Shown here piece by piece: positions 1 to 11,700 of a stretch of DNA of 64,000 bases. The translations under genes and the position numbers were made by a program. The first letter of the stretch is position 1. Every line of letters begins with the position of its first letter. Under the pieces are notes generated by a model. It worked only from the letters and a program-made list of their open reading frames with translations, did not search any database and had not been told where the DNA came from. This stretch comes from Raja brachyura. Its lineage: Eukaryota. The stretch lies in assembly GCA_963514005.1 (NCBI GenBank), contig OY740804.1:19468001-19532000 (forward strand), given 5' to 3'.

Positions 1-945
1 TTCTGGATGTTCCTTTGCCCACAAACAACCTGATCCAATCAACTTGAGCAAGTTCCCATCTAACACTAAAGTTGGGGCTTGTCCCAATTCAGAATTTCAA
101 CGTGGGCTTTCCCTGTCTTTATTCATAACTATATGAAAACTAATGGAGCTGTGGCTATTGGTCCCAAAAGGCTCTACCACTGACACTTCAGTTACTTGCC
201 CTTCACAATTTCCCACAGGTAGATCAAGCTTTGCCCTCACCCCTGTAGGGTCCTTTACATGTTGCTTAAGAAAACTTTCCTGAACACATTTGACAAACTC
301 TACCCTATCTAAATTCTCGGCACTATGACAGTACTAGTCCATATTTGGAAAGTTAAAATCTCCCATTATGCCAACCCTATTAGTTTTACAGCTGCTTGTA
401 ATGTCCTGGAATATTTGTTCTTCTGATTCCCGTTGCCTATTTTCGGGTCTGTAGTACACTGCTAACAAGATGGTCATCCTTTCACCCCCCCCTCAATTTG
501 ATCCATATAGCTTCACTGGACAAACCATCAGTTATGTCACATTGGGCTCTTTAATCAATACTCCCTTTCCTCGTGGTCACCCAGTTACTTTCTTCCTGTA
601 CCTTGGCAGTGATCACATCACTATAACTCTTGTTAATAATGCTCACAATCACTTGATGATCTTGAGGTTGTTTAGCCTCAGTTCTAGCTCCCTAGCGTGG
701 TCTGGAAGGAGCAGCACCTGGACACATTTCCCACAGGAATAGTCATCAGAGATACCAGCAGTTTCCCTGACATCTAACTTTTTGCAGGAATAACATTTCA
801 CCATTCTGCCTGCCATCTCTACTCCACTAAAACTTAGAGGGGAAAAAACACAACACTCACACAAAGAAACAGAAACTACCTTTACCTTCTATCAACCTCA
901 GCAAAGCCTCCTGGGCCAAAGCCCTTCACTTACCCTGAACACAGC
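1..945 (-). mobile_element. Degenerate CR1 LINE 5' part (5'UTR, ORF1 zinc-finger/leucine-zipper start, APE endonuclease remnants)
   Basis: ORF 649-864 (-) reads VKCYSC...YSCGKCVQVLLL...RELELRL, a CR1 ORF1 N-terminus. The minus strand at ~345-370 encodes IMGDFNFP (APE motif). Confidence 0.75.
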
Positions 946-1577
946 ACCTCAACCACGGCCGGCCTTAGGAGGTGCGGGGCCCAATTGGGATTTTTTTCCC
1001 CCTTGAAATATAAATTAAAACATTTAAATGAGTCGCGTGTCGTACGTAACATGACAATTCGGGGGAGAGTTCCTTTCATAGCGTGTGCAGTCTAGCCAGG
1101 GGTAAAGTTGCGAGGAGGGAAGGAGCGTTGAGAAAGAGAGGGTCGGGGTTCATGCCAGTAACTCACTAACTCACCGCTGCTGTGGCTACCAGCGGCCTCC
1201 ATCACCGGACAGCGGAACCGACTGCCATCTCAGCGCCTTCTGCCGGCCCGCTCACCTCTGGCAGTGCTCTCCGTCTGAACAGTGAGGGGACCAGCTCAAG
1301 AGCAAAGATCATAGAGCGGAGTGGGTCAGCGGGTGATGGATAACATCACAGAGGGCGGTGGAGCTTACTCCTGTGTCAGCGCGATCAAGGGATCAAAGAG
1401 ATCAACGAAGTCTATCTTTCTTGGCTAACAACCTAACCTTCAGCCTCCAAGATGCAGGTACATTTTTTAGCAATGTTACAAAATCTTGAGATTTAAAAAA
1501 TCGTCTGCAATTTATCCCATCAGATAAAGCATAAAAAGAAGTTTAATTTGACACCTAATTCACTTTCATATCGCATT

Positions 1578-2168
1578 CATTCAATGTGATCATGGTTGAT
1601 CATCCCCAATCACTACCCTGTTCCTGCCTTCTCCCCATATCCCCTGACTCCGCTATTTTTAAGAGCCCTATCTAGCTCTCTCTTGAAAGCTTCCAGAGAA
1701 CCTGCCTCCACCGCCCTCTGAGGCAGAGCATTCCACAGACTCACCACTCTCTGTGAGAAAAAGTGTTTCCTTGTCTCAGTTGTAAATGGCTTACTCCTTA
1801 TTCTTAACCTGTGGCCCCTGGTTCTGGACTCCTCCAACATCGGGAACATGTTTCCTGCCTCTAGCGTGTCCAAGCCCTTAACAATCTTATATGTTTCAAT
1901 GAGATTCCCTCTCATCCTTCTAAACTCCAGAGTGTACAAGCCCAGCTGCTCCATTCTCTCAGCATATGACAGTCCCGCCATCCCGGGAATTAACCTTGTA
2001 AACCCACGCTGCACTCCCTCAAACGCAAGAATGTCCATCCTCAAATTAGGGGACCAAAACTGCACACAATACTCCAGGTGCGGTCTCACTAGAACTCTGT
2101 ACAACTGCAGAAGGACCTCTTTGCTCCTATATTAGATTCCTCTTGTTATAAAGGCCAACACGCCATTT
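1578..2168 (-). mobile_element. 5'-truncated CR1 LINE (ORF2 C-terminus and 3'UTR)
   Basis: ORF 1613-2104: YRVLVRPHLEYCVQFWSP...RTRGH...FFSQRVVSLWNALP, typical CR1 ORF2 end. Confidence 0.92.
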
Positions 2169-3230
2169 CTTAGCGCTAACGGCCGTTACTTGGGAAACGT
2201 GGTAACTCGTGAAGATTTTTCAACATGTTGAAAAATGTCCACGAGTAAAATGTACTCCGGATGTAAAAATGTGATACTTTTTAACACGTAGTCAAACCGT
2301 AGTAGCTCGTGAGTTTACTGTAGTAGGACCTGGTGTCCTTTATCACTATTGTATGTTCATGATGGAAATAAGAATACTCTGTATATTCATTACCTTTGAA
2401 TTGTAGTTTTATGTAATCCTCCCATAATTTCTGAGTTCTATTTCACAATATCTTATCAGACATGCAGAATGTTGCAAGGTAATATCTTGCCCAAACTCAG
2501 TTGTATCTTTCAATCTCAATAAATATCACAAAATATGCCATTGTTTCAGCCACATTATGACAAAATATAGAATGTAGGTTATTTGTTATCAGTCACCCCA
2601 TCCCAGAAGCAACAGTACTTAAAGAAGAACATTTGTTTTACTAATTTACGAGCATGTACCATACAGAGTCCATTGATCCATATCCAACAAACTATTGTGA
2701 TAATTGCATAAAGGGTATTATTGTCTAAGAAATTTGGTGTGGAATGATAATCCCAGTACACATTCAGGCAAGTCCCAAGCTATAGATACTTTCCCCCCAC
2801 CCCCAATCCCCCTCGCCCGATCTTCATTGAACCTACCATTTGACCGATCTTTTACTCAGCTGCTGTAATGTTTCCTTCCTATCAAAATCTCTGTGTAACA
2901 TCTCTGTCCCTATCTCCCAATTCCCACATTGAAATAAAATACAACTTTCGACTTAGGATTGCTATATAAATGCAAATATATGGTATTTTATCCTGACACC
3001 CCCCCCCCTTTACCACCACACAAGAAGCGTAACTTGAAGCGTTTGCATTTGGAGAAGTTCGATACGGACCAGGAATGAATTTTGCAGCTACCTCACCATA
3101 TTCTGGTTAAATATTCTTTCCACGGAAATCTCCTATTTCACTTTGAAATTATATTCATTTATAACCATTTGTAACATCAGTAACTACCTTAATGTTTGTG
3201 CGTTTAGTACCGGGTATGCTTGAAATTATT

Positions 3231-6200
3231 TATTTCATTTCGGAGTCACGTGAGTGACTTCGTGAAGACCCCGCCAGGCATGCATGCGCGACATATCGTC
3301 GACCGCATGTGAGCGACAGGCAGGGAGGAGCGTTGCTCCTCTACTGCAGGGACCTGCAGGTAAGGAAAAACTAACCTGCAGTCCTTTTTTCATTTTAGGG
3401 ACTCTGTTCCCAGAGTACTCCAGGCCGATTCGGCACTGACTGCGGACCAGCCTTTCAAAGCGGCGGCACTAACAGACTGGAGTCGGGAAGAGCCCATTGG
3501 CCCAGGTGGGTCCAGGTTCACATTCGCCGGTCGGAGGGACGGCAGAGGTAGCCCGACTCTACACCACAGCCCGCAAGGATACTGCGGGCTGTCGGTTTCA
3601 ACCAGGGAGTGGGGCTTGCAGGTTCGCAGTAAGCGACGGCAGAGCAGCAGCCTGTCTCTACACCACAGCCCACAGGGTCACGACGGGCTGACGACAACGC
3701 TACCTGGAAGTTGGGCAAGCCCGTGGACCAGTATCTGGGCTCGGAGACTGCCACTGCAGGAGCTCCGACTCGACGCGGCAGGCCGCAGGTTACCACGGAC
3801 TAACGGCTATGCTACCCTATAGAGGTAGTAGACAGAGCGGGGGCCCCGACTCACACACAGGCGGGGGCCTTACCGTTAGCGGCAGTCTATGTCCCGCATG
3901 AGAGTCTGGTCACCATTGGAGCTGGGGGGGGGGGGGGAAGAGAGTGCGCTCCTCCACCGGAAGCTCATAAAGACCCTCAGGTAAGATACTAACCTTGAGT
4001 TGTTTAGCTTCTGTACTAGACTTTGCTTACAGAAACAATGGATGGGAGACCAGAATGAAGGCATCGAAGTATGCCTCCCAGGGCCATGGGACTTCGGATG
4101 GGAGTCAGCGGCCACTATTCCTGGAGCTGCCAGCAACACCGGCAGCGCCCGTTCTGCGGGCCGGGATAAGAACGCGGAAACCGGGGAGCCCTGCGCAGCC
4201 AGGACCCGATTCTCCACCACGGCTGACCATGGAGCCGTAAAGTGGTAGGACACCGCGCAGGAGCAGGGTAGGCAAGACCCTGACTCCCTACCACTGTCAC
4301 CTAAGCATAGGGACAGTGGAGCAAAGGTGTGTAAGCGTGTTATCCGCTTGGCGGCACGTTCTCTCTCCCAAACTATGCAGGTCACCAGAGGGAGGACCAG
4401 GGGAAAAACCGCACAACAGTCGTTGAAGCCCCGCTGTAGGAGCCGGGGTCGACTTTCAACCGGAGCAGGCCGCCAGATCACGGACCGGTGAAGGATTGAG
4501 GCCTGATTCTGCAAGCCCCGCATGTGCGGCCGGTACAGACTCACCACCGGGGGAGCCTGCCAGATTGCGGGCCGGTGTAGTCTCATCTCGGTCCCCGCAC
4601 CCCCCTTTAGCGGCAGGACGTGACCGAACGTCGCCTTTGTCCCAAAGGAGGACACAGACTCACCACCGGGGGAGCCTGCCAGATTGCAGGCCGGTGTAGT
4701 CTCATCTCGGTCCCCGCACCCCCCTTTAGTGGCAGGACGTGACCAAAAGTTGCCTTTGTCCCTAAGGAGGACAGGCGGCAAGCCCGCGTGGACGTCGGGG
4801 TACCACGCTTCGGCGCCGGGACCGACTCATCACCGCTCATATCTTATCAGACTAGCTGGCCGCCTCCATCTGGAAGAAGCGGCAGGCTGCGACATCCTGT
4901 CTAGGCACCCTTGTTATCACCTCAATGAGGTGCGGGGCGATGACAGAAGCTTCAGAGATTCTCCAGAACCTGAGGAAGTCGACTTGTCGTCCGCAGATGC
5001 GGCGGCGGTCGCATGGCTCGGATGGAGCGCATGATGGAGCGTATCCTAGTGCACAATCTCTGCAGCTGGACCAGGTGTCCTCCAGTCCTGGAGGAACCTG
5101 TAGTACCTGAGAAAACCCAGGAGGAACTGCCGAATGTGGTCTCCAAGTTTGCCCAGCCAAAGCACTCAGGTCAGCCTTTTGCAGCCCAAATTAGGGGCTA
5201 GCATAGACTACCTCACCACACACCAGCTGCAGGAACAGGTCCTTACCAAGGCGATCAACAAATACAAGGCCCAAACAACTGCATATCGTTGAATGTACCG
5301 ACAGTCAACACGCCCATCTGGGGCAATAACAGTCCCGGGATAAGGGCACAGGAGCTGAAGTTACAAAAGATCCTGAAATTGCTGACGTCGGGGATTACTG
5401 CCTTTGCCAGGTCGGTTGACGGTACGGAAATGACGGCAGAGCAGGAGGATGCTCTTGCGATATTAGTCATGAAGTTAACACTTCCTGGAATATCGGCACT
5501 TAACCGACTCCTAAACCTCATATTTGTGGGGTTGTACAAGGCATCTGCGACGCCACCACCGAGACAGCTGTTCGGTGAGGACCTGCCCATACAGGTCAAG
5601 GACCTGGATTAGGAGGTGGAGGCAGTCGGGTTGATAACCCACCTCCCTCCAGCAGGGCGGCAGTGCGCAGACAAACATCATATGCAAGACCTCAGGCCAC
5701 CTGAAAGACCAGTAAGGACCTACACGTCAGCAGCACGTCAACACAATTCAACGGAACGCCAGGAACCAGAATGACAGGCCCGCCAGTAGCCATGGAGGTA
5801 GGGGGTCTGGTTCTCTAGGAAGTGCTGCATGTGTAACCTCACAAGGAGGATAGAGGTTACATACATTCTGGGATACATTGGTCTGATTGTCACTATCCCA
5901 GGGAACAAAGCAATAGACATTATAGAGGCATGTAACAGCCTTGCTTGCGCCAGGAAACCGACTATTAGACATGCTGCTAAGGTAATTGGTAAACTTGTAG
6001 CTACATTCTACCTACATAATTGGGCCGTTACACTATCAAAGCTTGCAAAGAGCAAAATCTCGGCATTAATAGCGAATGCTGGACATTTTTTACGGGCCTA
6101 TGCAGCCGCCAATCAAGGCATTAATTGAGCTACAATGGTGGATTAGCAATGTTTGTGATTGTTAAATCCCATCATTACATAAAACCCATTAGTCGTATTA

Positions 6201-8048
6201 CAAACCGACGCAAGCACCAAGGGCTGGGACTGTTCAGAAATGCTGGGAGCATGTCACGGGCTGCGGGCTTAATGCACTAATCTGCAGCATATGTATGTCC
6301 ATCTTCAAAATAATATCACTGAGGTGACATATTTAAACCTTATGGGTGGTATCAAGTCAATATCTTGTGATGGATTGGGAAAAAAAGAATTGGGCTCTGG
6401 TGCATTGAAATAAATATTTGGATATCAGCTATGTACCTTCTGGTTAAGCTCAATACAGTGGCGGACACCAGGTCACAAGTATTTAATAACGACACCAAGT
6501 GGATGTTGAACCTCCAAATATTTGCTAAAATTATAGCCTAATATGGAACCTCCTAGCGTCCAGGTTGAACCATTAGATACCAATATGTGTCTCTTGAGAA
6601 CCAGATCCTGGGGCAGTGGCGATGGACGAGTTCTCGCTACATTGGGGGAAATGGATTTCTATGCTTTCCCCATTCTGCTTCACCTGGAAAACGTAACCAG
6701 GTTCTGCAACATAAAGGACCGTGGACGTCATACAGCATCGTGCAGAGAGAGTCCACTAGGAAGCAGTACCTCACCTACATAAGGATATGGGAGGTTTCTG
6801 TAGTCGGACCAAGACCACCTACATATCTGCTACGATCTCCAATGTGCTGGCATCCTCACGGGTCTTCATTATGATGAGTCCCTCAGTTACAGTGCCGTAT
6901 ACAGTGCCAGGAGTGCACTGTCATCCTATCTCATCATTGGAGTGGGATCTCACCAGCTGGTATCCAAACTATGAGGGATATGTTCTATCCATCCCTCCCC
7001 GACCACGACATTATATTACCTGAGATATAAGGGTGGTGTTGACCCTACTCAGGAGCTGGTCGCCTATGACGGATTTACCACTGGACTTACTCACCTTTAA
7101 ATTGGTGATGGTAATGGCACTGAACACAGCACAACGGGTCCAGACTCTACAGGAATTAAACCTGGATAGAATGATCGACCCATAATAAAGCAACGTCTTT
7201 ATAAAAGAGTTGATTAAACTACACAGACCTGCGACTACAGGTCTGAAAATGGCCATCAGGAATATGGAGGCGGATCTGTTATCAACCATGGAAACCCACG
7301 TCACAGGGTGACGGTGCAGACTATCTCCAGATGGCTCAAGGTGGTATTCGGTGCAGCAGGTAAGACACTAAACATTTTAAAATGTCATTCTACCAGGGCT
7401 GCATCCACATCAGCAGTGAGGACCATGGAGGTGTCCATGGATCATGTCCTCGCAATAGCGGGCTGGGTCATTGAAACTACATTTCAGCGATTTCATAACT
7501 AACCTGTGGCCGCTCCCGCAACGTTTGCGGAGTCAGGTTTAAGTGCTGTTCCCTAAACGTTTGTCCCCGAGTTCAGGGGTTTATTGTTGTATTAACAATA
7601 ATGTTATTATTTTTCAGCTTGTTCAAGTCTGAAATACGTTAACATACTTCCTCCATCAGTATTACGGTAGTGCGTGGGCATGGGCGTGATCCAGGGCATG
7701 GATCTTTGAAATCTTCACCAAGTCACTCACGTGACTCCGAAATGAAATAGTAAGATTAAACAAGAACTTACCAGTTTGAAGTTTGATCTTTATTTTATGA
7801 GGAGTTACGATGAGGGATTTCGTGCCCTCCGCTCCCAACCCTCTACTATAAGGTCAGCTGGTAAATAGAGTCTCTTCAATCTTACTAAATTAGGTCATTT
7901 CAGGGTAGTTCTGTGATTCCACACAGCTGCTTTGAAGAATGTCGCGCATGCGTGCCTGGCGGGGTCTTCACGAAATCCCACATCGCAACTCCTCATAAAA
8001 TAAAGATCAAACTTCAAACTGGTATGTTCTCATTTAATCTTACTATTT
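3231..8048 (+). mobile_element. DIRS1-like tyrosine-recombinase retrotransposon, copy A (decayed, RT core deleted)
   Basis: Left end TATTTCATTTCGGAGTCACGTGAGTGAC. ICR at ~7712-7822 complements both ends; right ITR/extension ends ...AATCTTACTATTT. Gag remnant NVPTVNTPIWGN...QLFGEDL (5289-5612), RNaseH remnant LQTDAS (~6200), YR remnant TISRWLK...HSTRAAS...AGW...FQRFH (7308-7502). Many stops and frameshifts. Confidence 0.93.
4535..4773 (+). repeat. Tandem duplication, ~119-bp unit x2, inside the DIRS copy A 5' region
   Basis: ACAGACTCACCACCGGGGGAGCCTGCC...CCTTTGTCCC(A/T)AAGGAGGAC occurs at 4535 and 4654. Confidence 0.9.
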
Positions 8049-8283
8049 TAATGTACTGTATACTTTTTTAAAAACTATATCAACCAGGTGTGAAAATTAC
8101 GCTGATCGACCGATGATTGAAAATGCGTAGGAATCGACTAATCGCGATCCTGCTGCAAAATGTTTCAGTCGAAAATTGTATTTTATTTCAAAGTGGGAAT
8201 TTGAAGATAAGGACAGAGATGCTGCACAGAGATTTTAAACTCGGGAGAGCTCTTGGGTGAACTCGCATAGTGGGGCAGGGCTT

Positions 8284-8372
8284 GAGGCAGCATCTATGGA
8301 GCGAAGGAAATAGCCAACGTTTTGGGCCGTGTCTGAAGAAGGGTTTCGACCTGAAATGTTGCATATTTCCTT
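8284..8372. repeat. Penelope-type terminal-repeat fragment (partial palindrome with hammerhead-like core)
   Basis: GCAGCATCTATGGAGCGAAGGAAATAG...CTGAAGAAGGGTTTCGACCTGAAATGTTG; same family as 17380, 24700, 47000 and 53885. Confidence 0.7.
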
Positions 8373-8680
8373 GGGGGGGGGGGGGGGTGCAGGGAGTCAG
8401 GTAGACTGCGCAATGACGGGGGGGGGGGGGGATCCCAGTGTGAGAGTGAGTCACCATCTGCGTACAGCATTCCCACATCCCTCTTCTCCACCAAGCAAGG
8501 CACATTCCTCTCTACCCTCTGCCCTCTCCCCCCTTCCTTCCCTCATCCTCCCCCCCCCCTCTAAAGAAAGAGGGGGAGGGAGGTAGTGAGAGGTAGGAAG
8601 AGGGAGATCTGAAGGGTAACTGGTTTTGGTCTCCAATCACCTCACAAAGTCAACAATGGGGGTGAGGCAGAAGGGAGAAC

Positions 8681-8778
8681 TCCCTCTCTCTCTCTCCCCC
8701 CTTCTCTCCCCCTTTCTCTCTTTCTCTCCTTCTCTCCTTCTCTCTCCTTCTCTCTGCCTCCATCTTTCTCTCCCCCCC
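8681..8778. repeat. (TC)n-rich pyrimidine tract flanking the Tx1 3' end
   Basis: CTCTCTCTCTCCCCCCTTCTCTCCCC... read directly. Confidence 0.9.
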
Positions 8779-11700
8779 TTTTTTTTTCTTTTCAAAAACT
8801 TTATTCGACACAATCATATGATACAACACATCAAAACGTAATTAAAATTACAATGTATCAAAAAAATCATTCTAGTACAACAGTACAATACTCTCAACCC
8901 CACGCAGTGACCAGCGTTGACGGAAGGCCTCCAGAGTCCCCGTGGACACCGCGTGTTCCCTCTCCAGGGACACATGTACACGGACGTCGGCCCGAAAGAG
9001 GGGCAGGCAGCCGACTCTAGCCTGAACATCGACCGCCCGCCGCCTGGACCCGCAAATGGCCATCTTGGCCAGGCCCAGGAGCAAACCGTCAGGTAAGTCC
9101 CCCCCCCCCACTCGGGTCTCCCCACTCCCTGCCTTGTGTCCGAACACCAGGATTGTGGGGCTAAACTGCAACCAGAACTTGAGGAACAACCCCTTCAGAT
9201 ATTGGTACAGGGGCAGTAACCTCTCACACTCCATATACGCGTGGAGCACGGTCTCTTCCTCGCCACAGAAAATACGTGCGGCGGACGAGCTTGTGAACCG
9301 GCTCAAAAGTTTATTACATACCACCGCTCTGTGCAGCACTCTCCACCCCAGGTCCCCAATGTAAAGGGGAACAACTCCCTTATAGAAGGACCCCCACAGG
9401 GGACCGTCCCCGCCTTCGGGTGGTTACACCTGAAGAGGTATTCATGCTCTACCCTTTCAAAAGCCTTCTCCTGATCAAGAGACAGAAAAGCAGCTGACTC
9501 ACCAGTACCCTGGGTTAGATGAATCTGGTCCCTAACCAGGTGGATGTTATCCTGAATGGACCGGCCAGGAACTGTATAAGATTGGTCAGGATGAATCAGT
9601 TGATGCAGCACAGAGCCCAGGCGATTTGCCATTGACCATGCAAAAACTTTATACTCTGTGCATAGGAGAGAGACCGGACGCCAGTTCTTCAACAAGCGGA
9701 GTTCGCCCTTCTTGGGCAGCAAGACGACAACTGCCCTACGCCACGAGAGAGGCATCTCCCCCAGAACCAACATGTAGTCACCCCCGAGGATATCCCAGAA
9801 AGCTCTAACAAACTCTACCGTCAACCCATCCAGCCCGGGGGACTTACCCCTCCTGAGCTGATGCAAGGCACGAGTCAACTCCTCCAAAGATAAGTGGCCA
9901 TCAAGAAGATCAGCCACCTCCCTCTCTACAATCGGCAGACCCTCCCACAAATCTTGCTGAGCCTCCCCGCTGAATCCATCCACGGAGAACAGGGACCCAT
10001 AATAGGACCTGACCAGGGCACTGATCCTCTCTGGATCAGTGACAGAGGAGCCGCCATCTCCGAGCAGCTCCACGAGTTGTTTGCGAGCTCCCCACCCCTT
10101 CTCCAGGGAGAAAAAGAAAGGTGAAGCTCGGTCCAGATCGTGCAGCATCTGGACCCACGACCTCACGTAAGCGCCTTGGGACCGCTCAAGCAGCAGGTTC
10201 CTCAAGGCTTCCTTCTTCTTCTGAAACTCTCCCCATTCGCAGGAGTCTTCACCAAACCGACCCAGGCGAGACTCTGCATCCAGTATCTCCCTCTCAAGCC
10301 TCTCGACCGCTGAGTCCCGCCTTCCAGTCGACCCCCACGTATATTCCTTACAAAAGAGAAGGATGTGAGCTTTCCCCACATCCCACCACTGCCTAAGGGA
10401 AGAGATGCACCTCTGCCTCTCTCTCCACTTCACCCAAAACCAACTGCATGACTCCCAGAAACACCGATCCTCCAGCAGCCTGTTGTTAAAGTGCCAGTAC
10501 GCGGACCCAGCCCGAGAGCAAGCTGGATTAAAATCCACACGCACCAGACAGTGGTCCGAGCACAGCACCAGCCGCATTGAGGCCGCTGGGACACGGGAAA
10601 CAAACGCTCAGGAAATATATATTCGATCAATGCGGGAACCACCCCCCTCAGACCTCTGCGAAAAAGCAGTGGAATCCGCCATGCATCAACCAACTCAAAG
10701 GAGTCAATCAACCCTCTCAGCTTCTTCGCTACAGCAGGGGCACACTGAGTACCAGAACGGGCTCGCGCCTCAAGTGTGCACTTAAAGTCCCCCCCCCCCC
10801 AAGGAAGACACACTCTCCCCTATCAATAGTGCTCAGCAGAGCAGTCACCTGAAGTAGGCCGACCTGCATCGTGCCGGAGCTAGGGGCATACACGTTAATG
10901 AAATGCAACGACATGCCATCCAGGCTCACGGCCAGATGGAGCAAACGTCCTGGCACAAATTCTTGCACTTTTAAAACATTTGGCAGAAAACTTGGGGCCA
11001 ACAGAAAGGCCACCCCACTCGAATTCGAGCTGAGATGGCTCATGTGGATCCCCCCTTCCACTCCAGTCACCAGGTGGGTTCATCACTAACAACGGTATGT
11101 ATCTCTTGCAGAAAACACACCGCAAATGTCCCCACTCTCAGGACAGATTAAAGCTGATATCTGCGAAAACTCGCTCTACTCCCGTTTAAATTTAATGTGG
11201 CTACTGTGAATGTGCAGGCACACTAGATTAAGACCCTCACACTCTGCCTAGACTCAAAAACTCACTCTCTGAGGAACTCCAAAAAGTCCCCAAACTGGCT
11301 CTTCTGAGAGTCAGGAAGACCACTATCCTTGTTGCTAAGGATAGCCTCGAGATTCTTCATCAAAACTGGCCTATCCTCCCACCGTCTTTTAGCAGCCTCC
11401 TTTTTTGTTCTGATAATATGGCTTGTTCTTAGGAATTCTCGCGCCTCACGGATAACACTTGCATGAGACACGGCCTTGGAGCCTGGGCACTCGGCCAACC
11501 CACTTTCACCTGAAACAACGAGCTTAACAGCACAGCGCCCAGGGTCGTTGTCAGAAATCGAAAGACCAAAACTCTCTGAAAGTTCGCTAATCCTGCTACA
11601 CAAACTGGCCTCGTCACTCTCCCCCTCCTCCGGCATGACACCACCCCCAGGATCAATGCCGGGGAAGGGTCTCAAATCCCCTTACTGCAACACACAGCCC

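Noticed and set aside
2215-2236. 22-bp perfect palindrome ATTTTTCAACATGTTGAAAAAT as a regulatory site
   Set aside because: It lies in what looks like a DNA-transposon internal fragment (similar to ~31240-31280); no independent support for function.
3876-4781. 301-aa antisense ORF in DIRS copy A
   Set aside because: GC-rich, contains the tandem duplication, has no domain motif and no counterpart in copies B or C.
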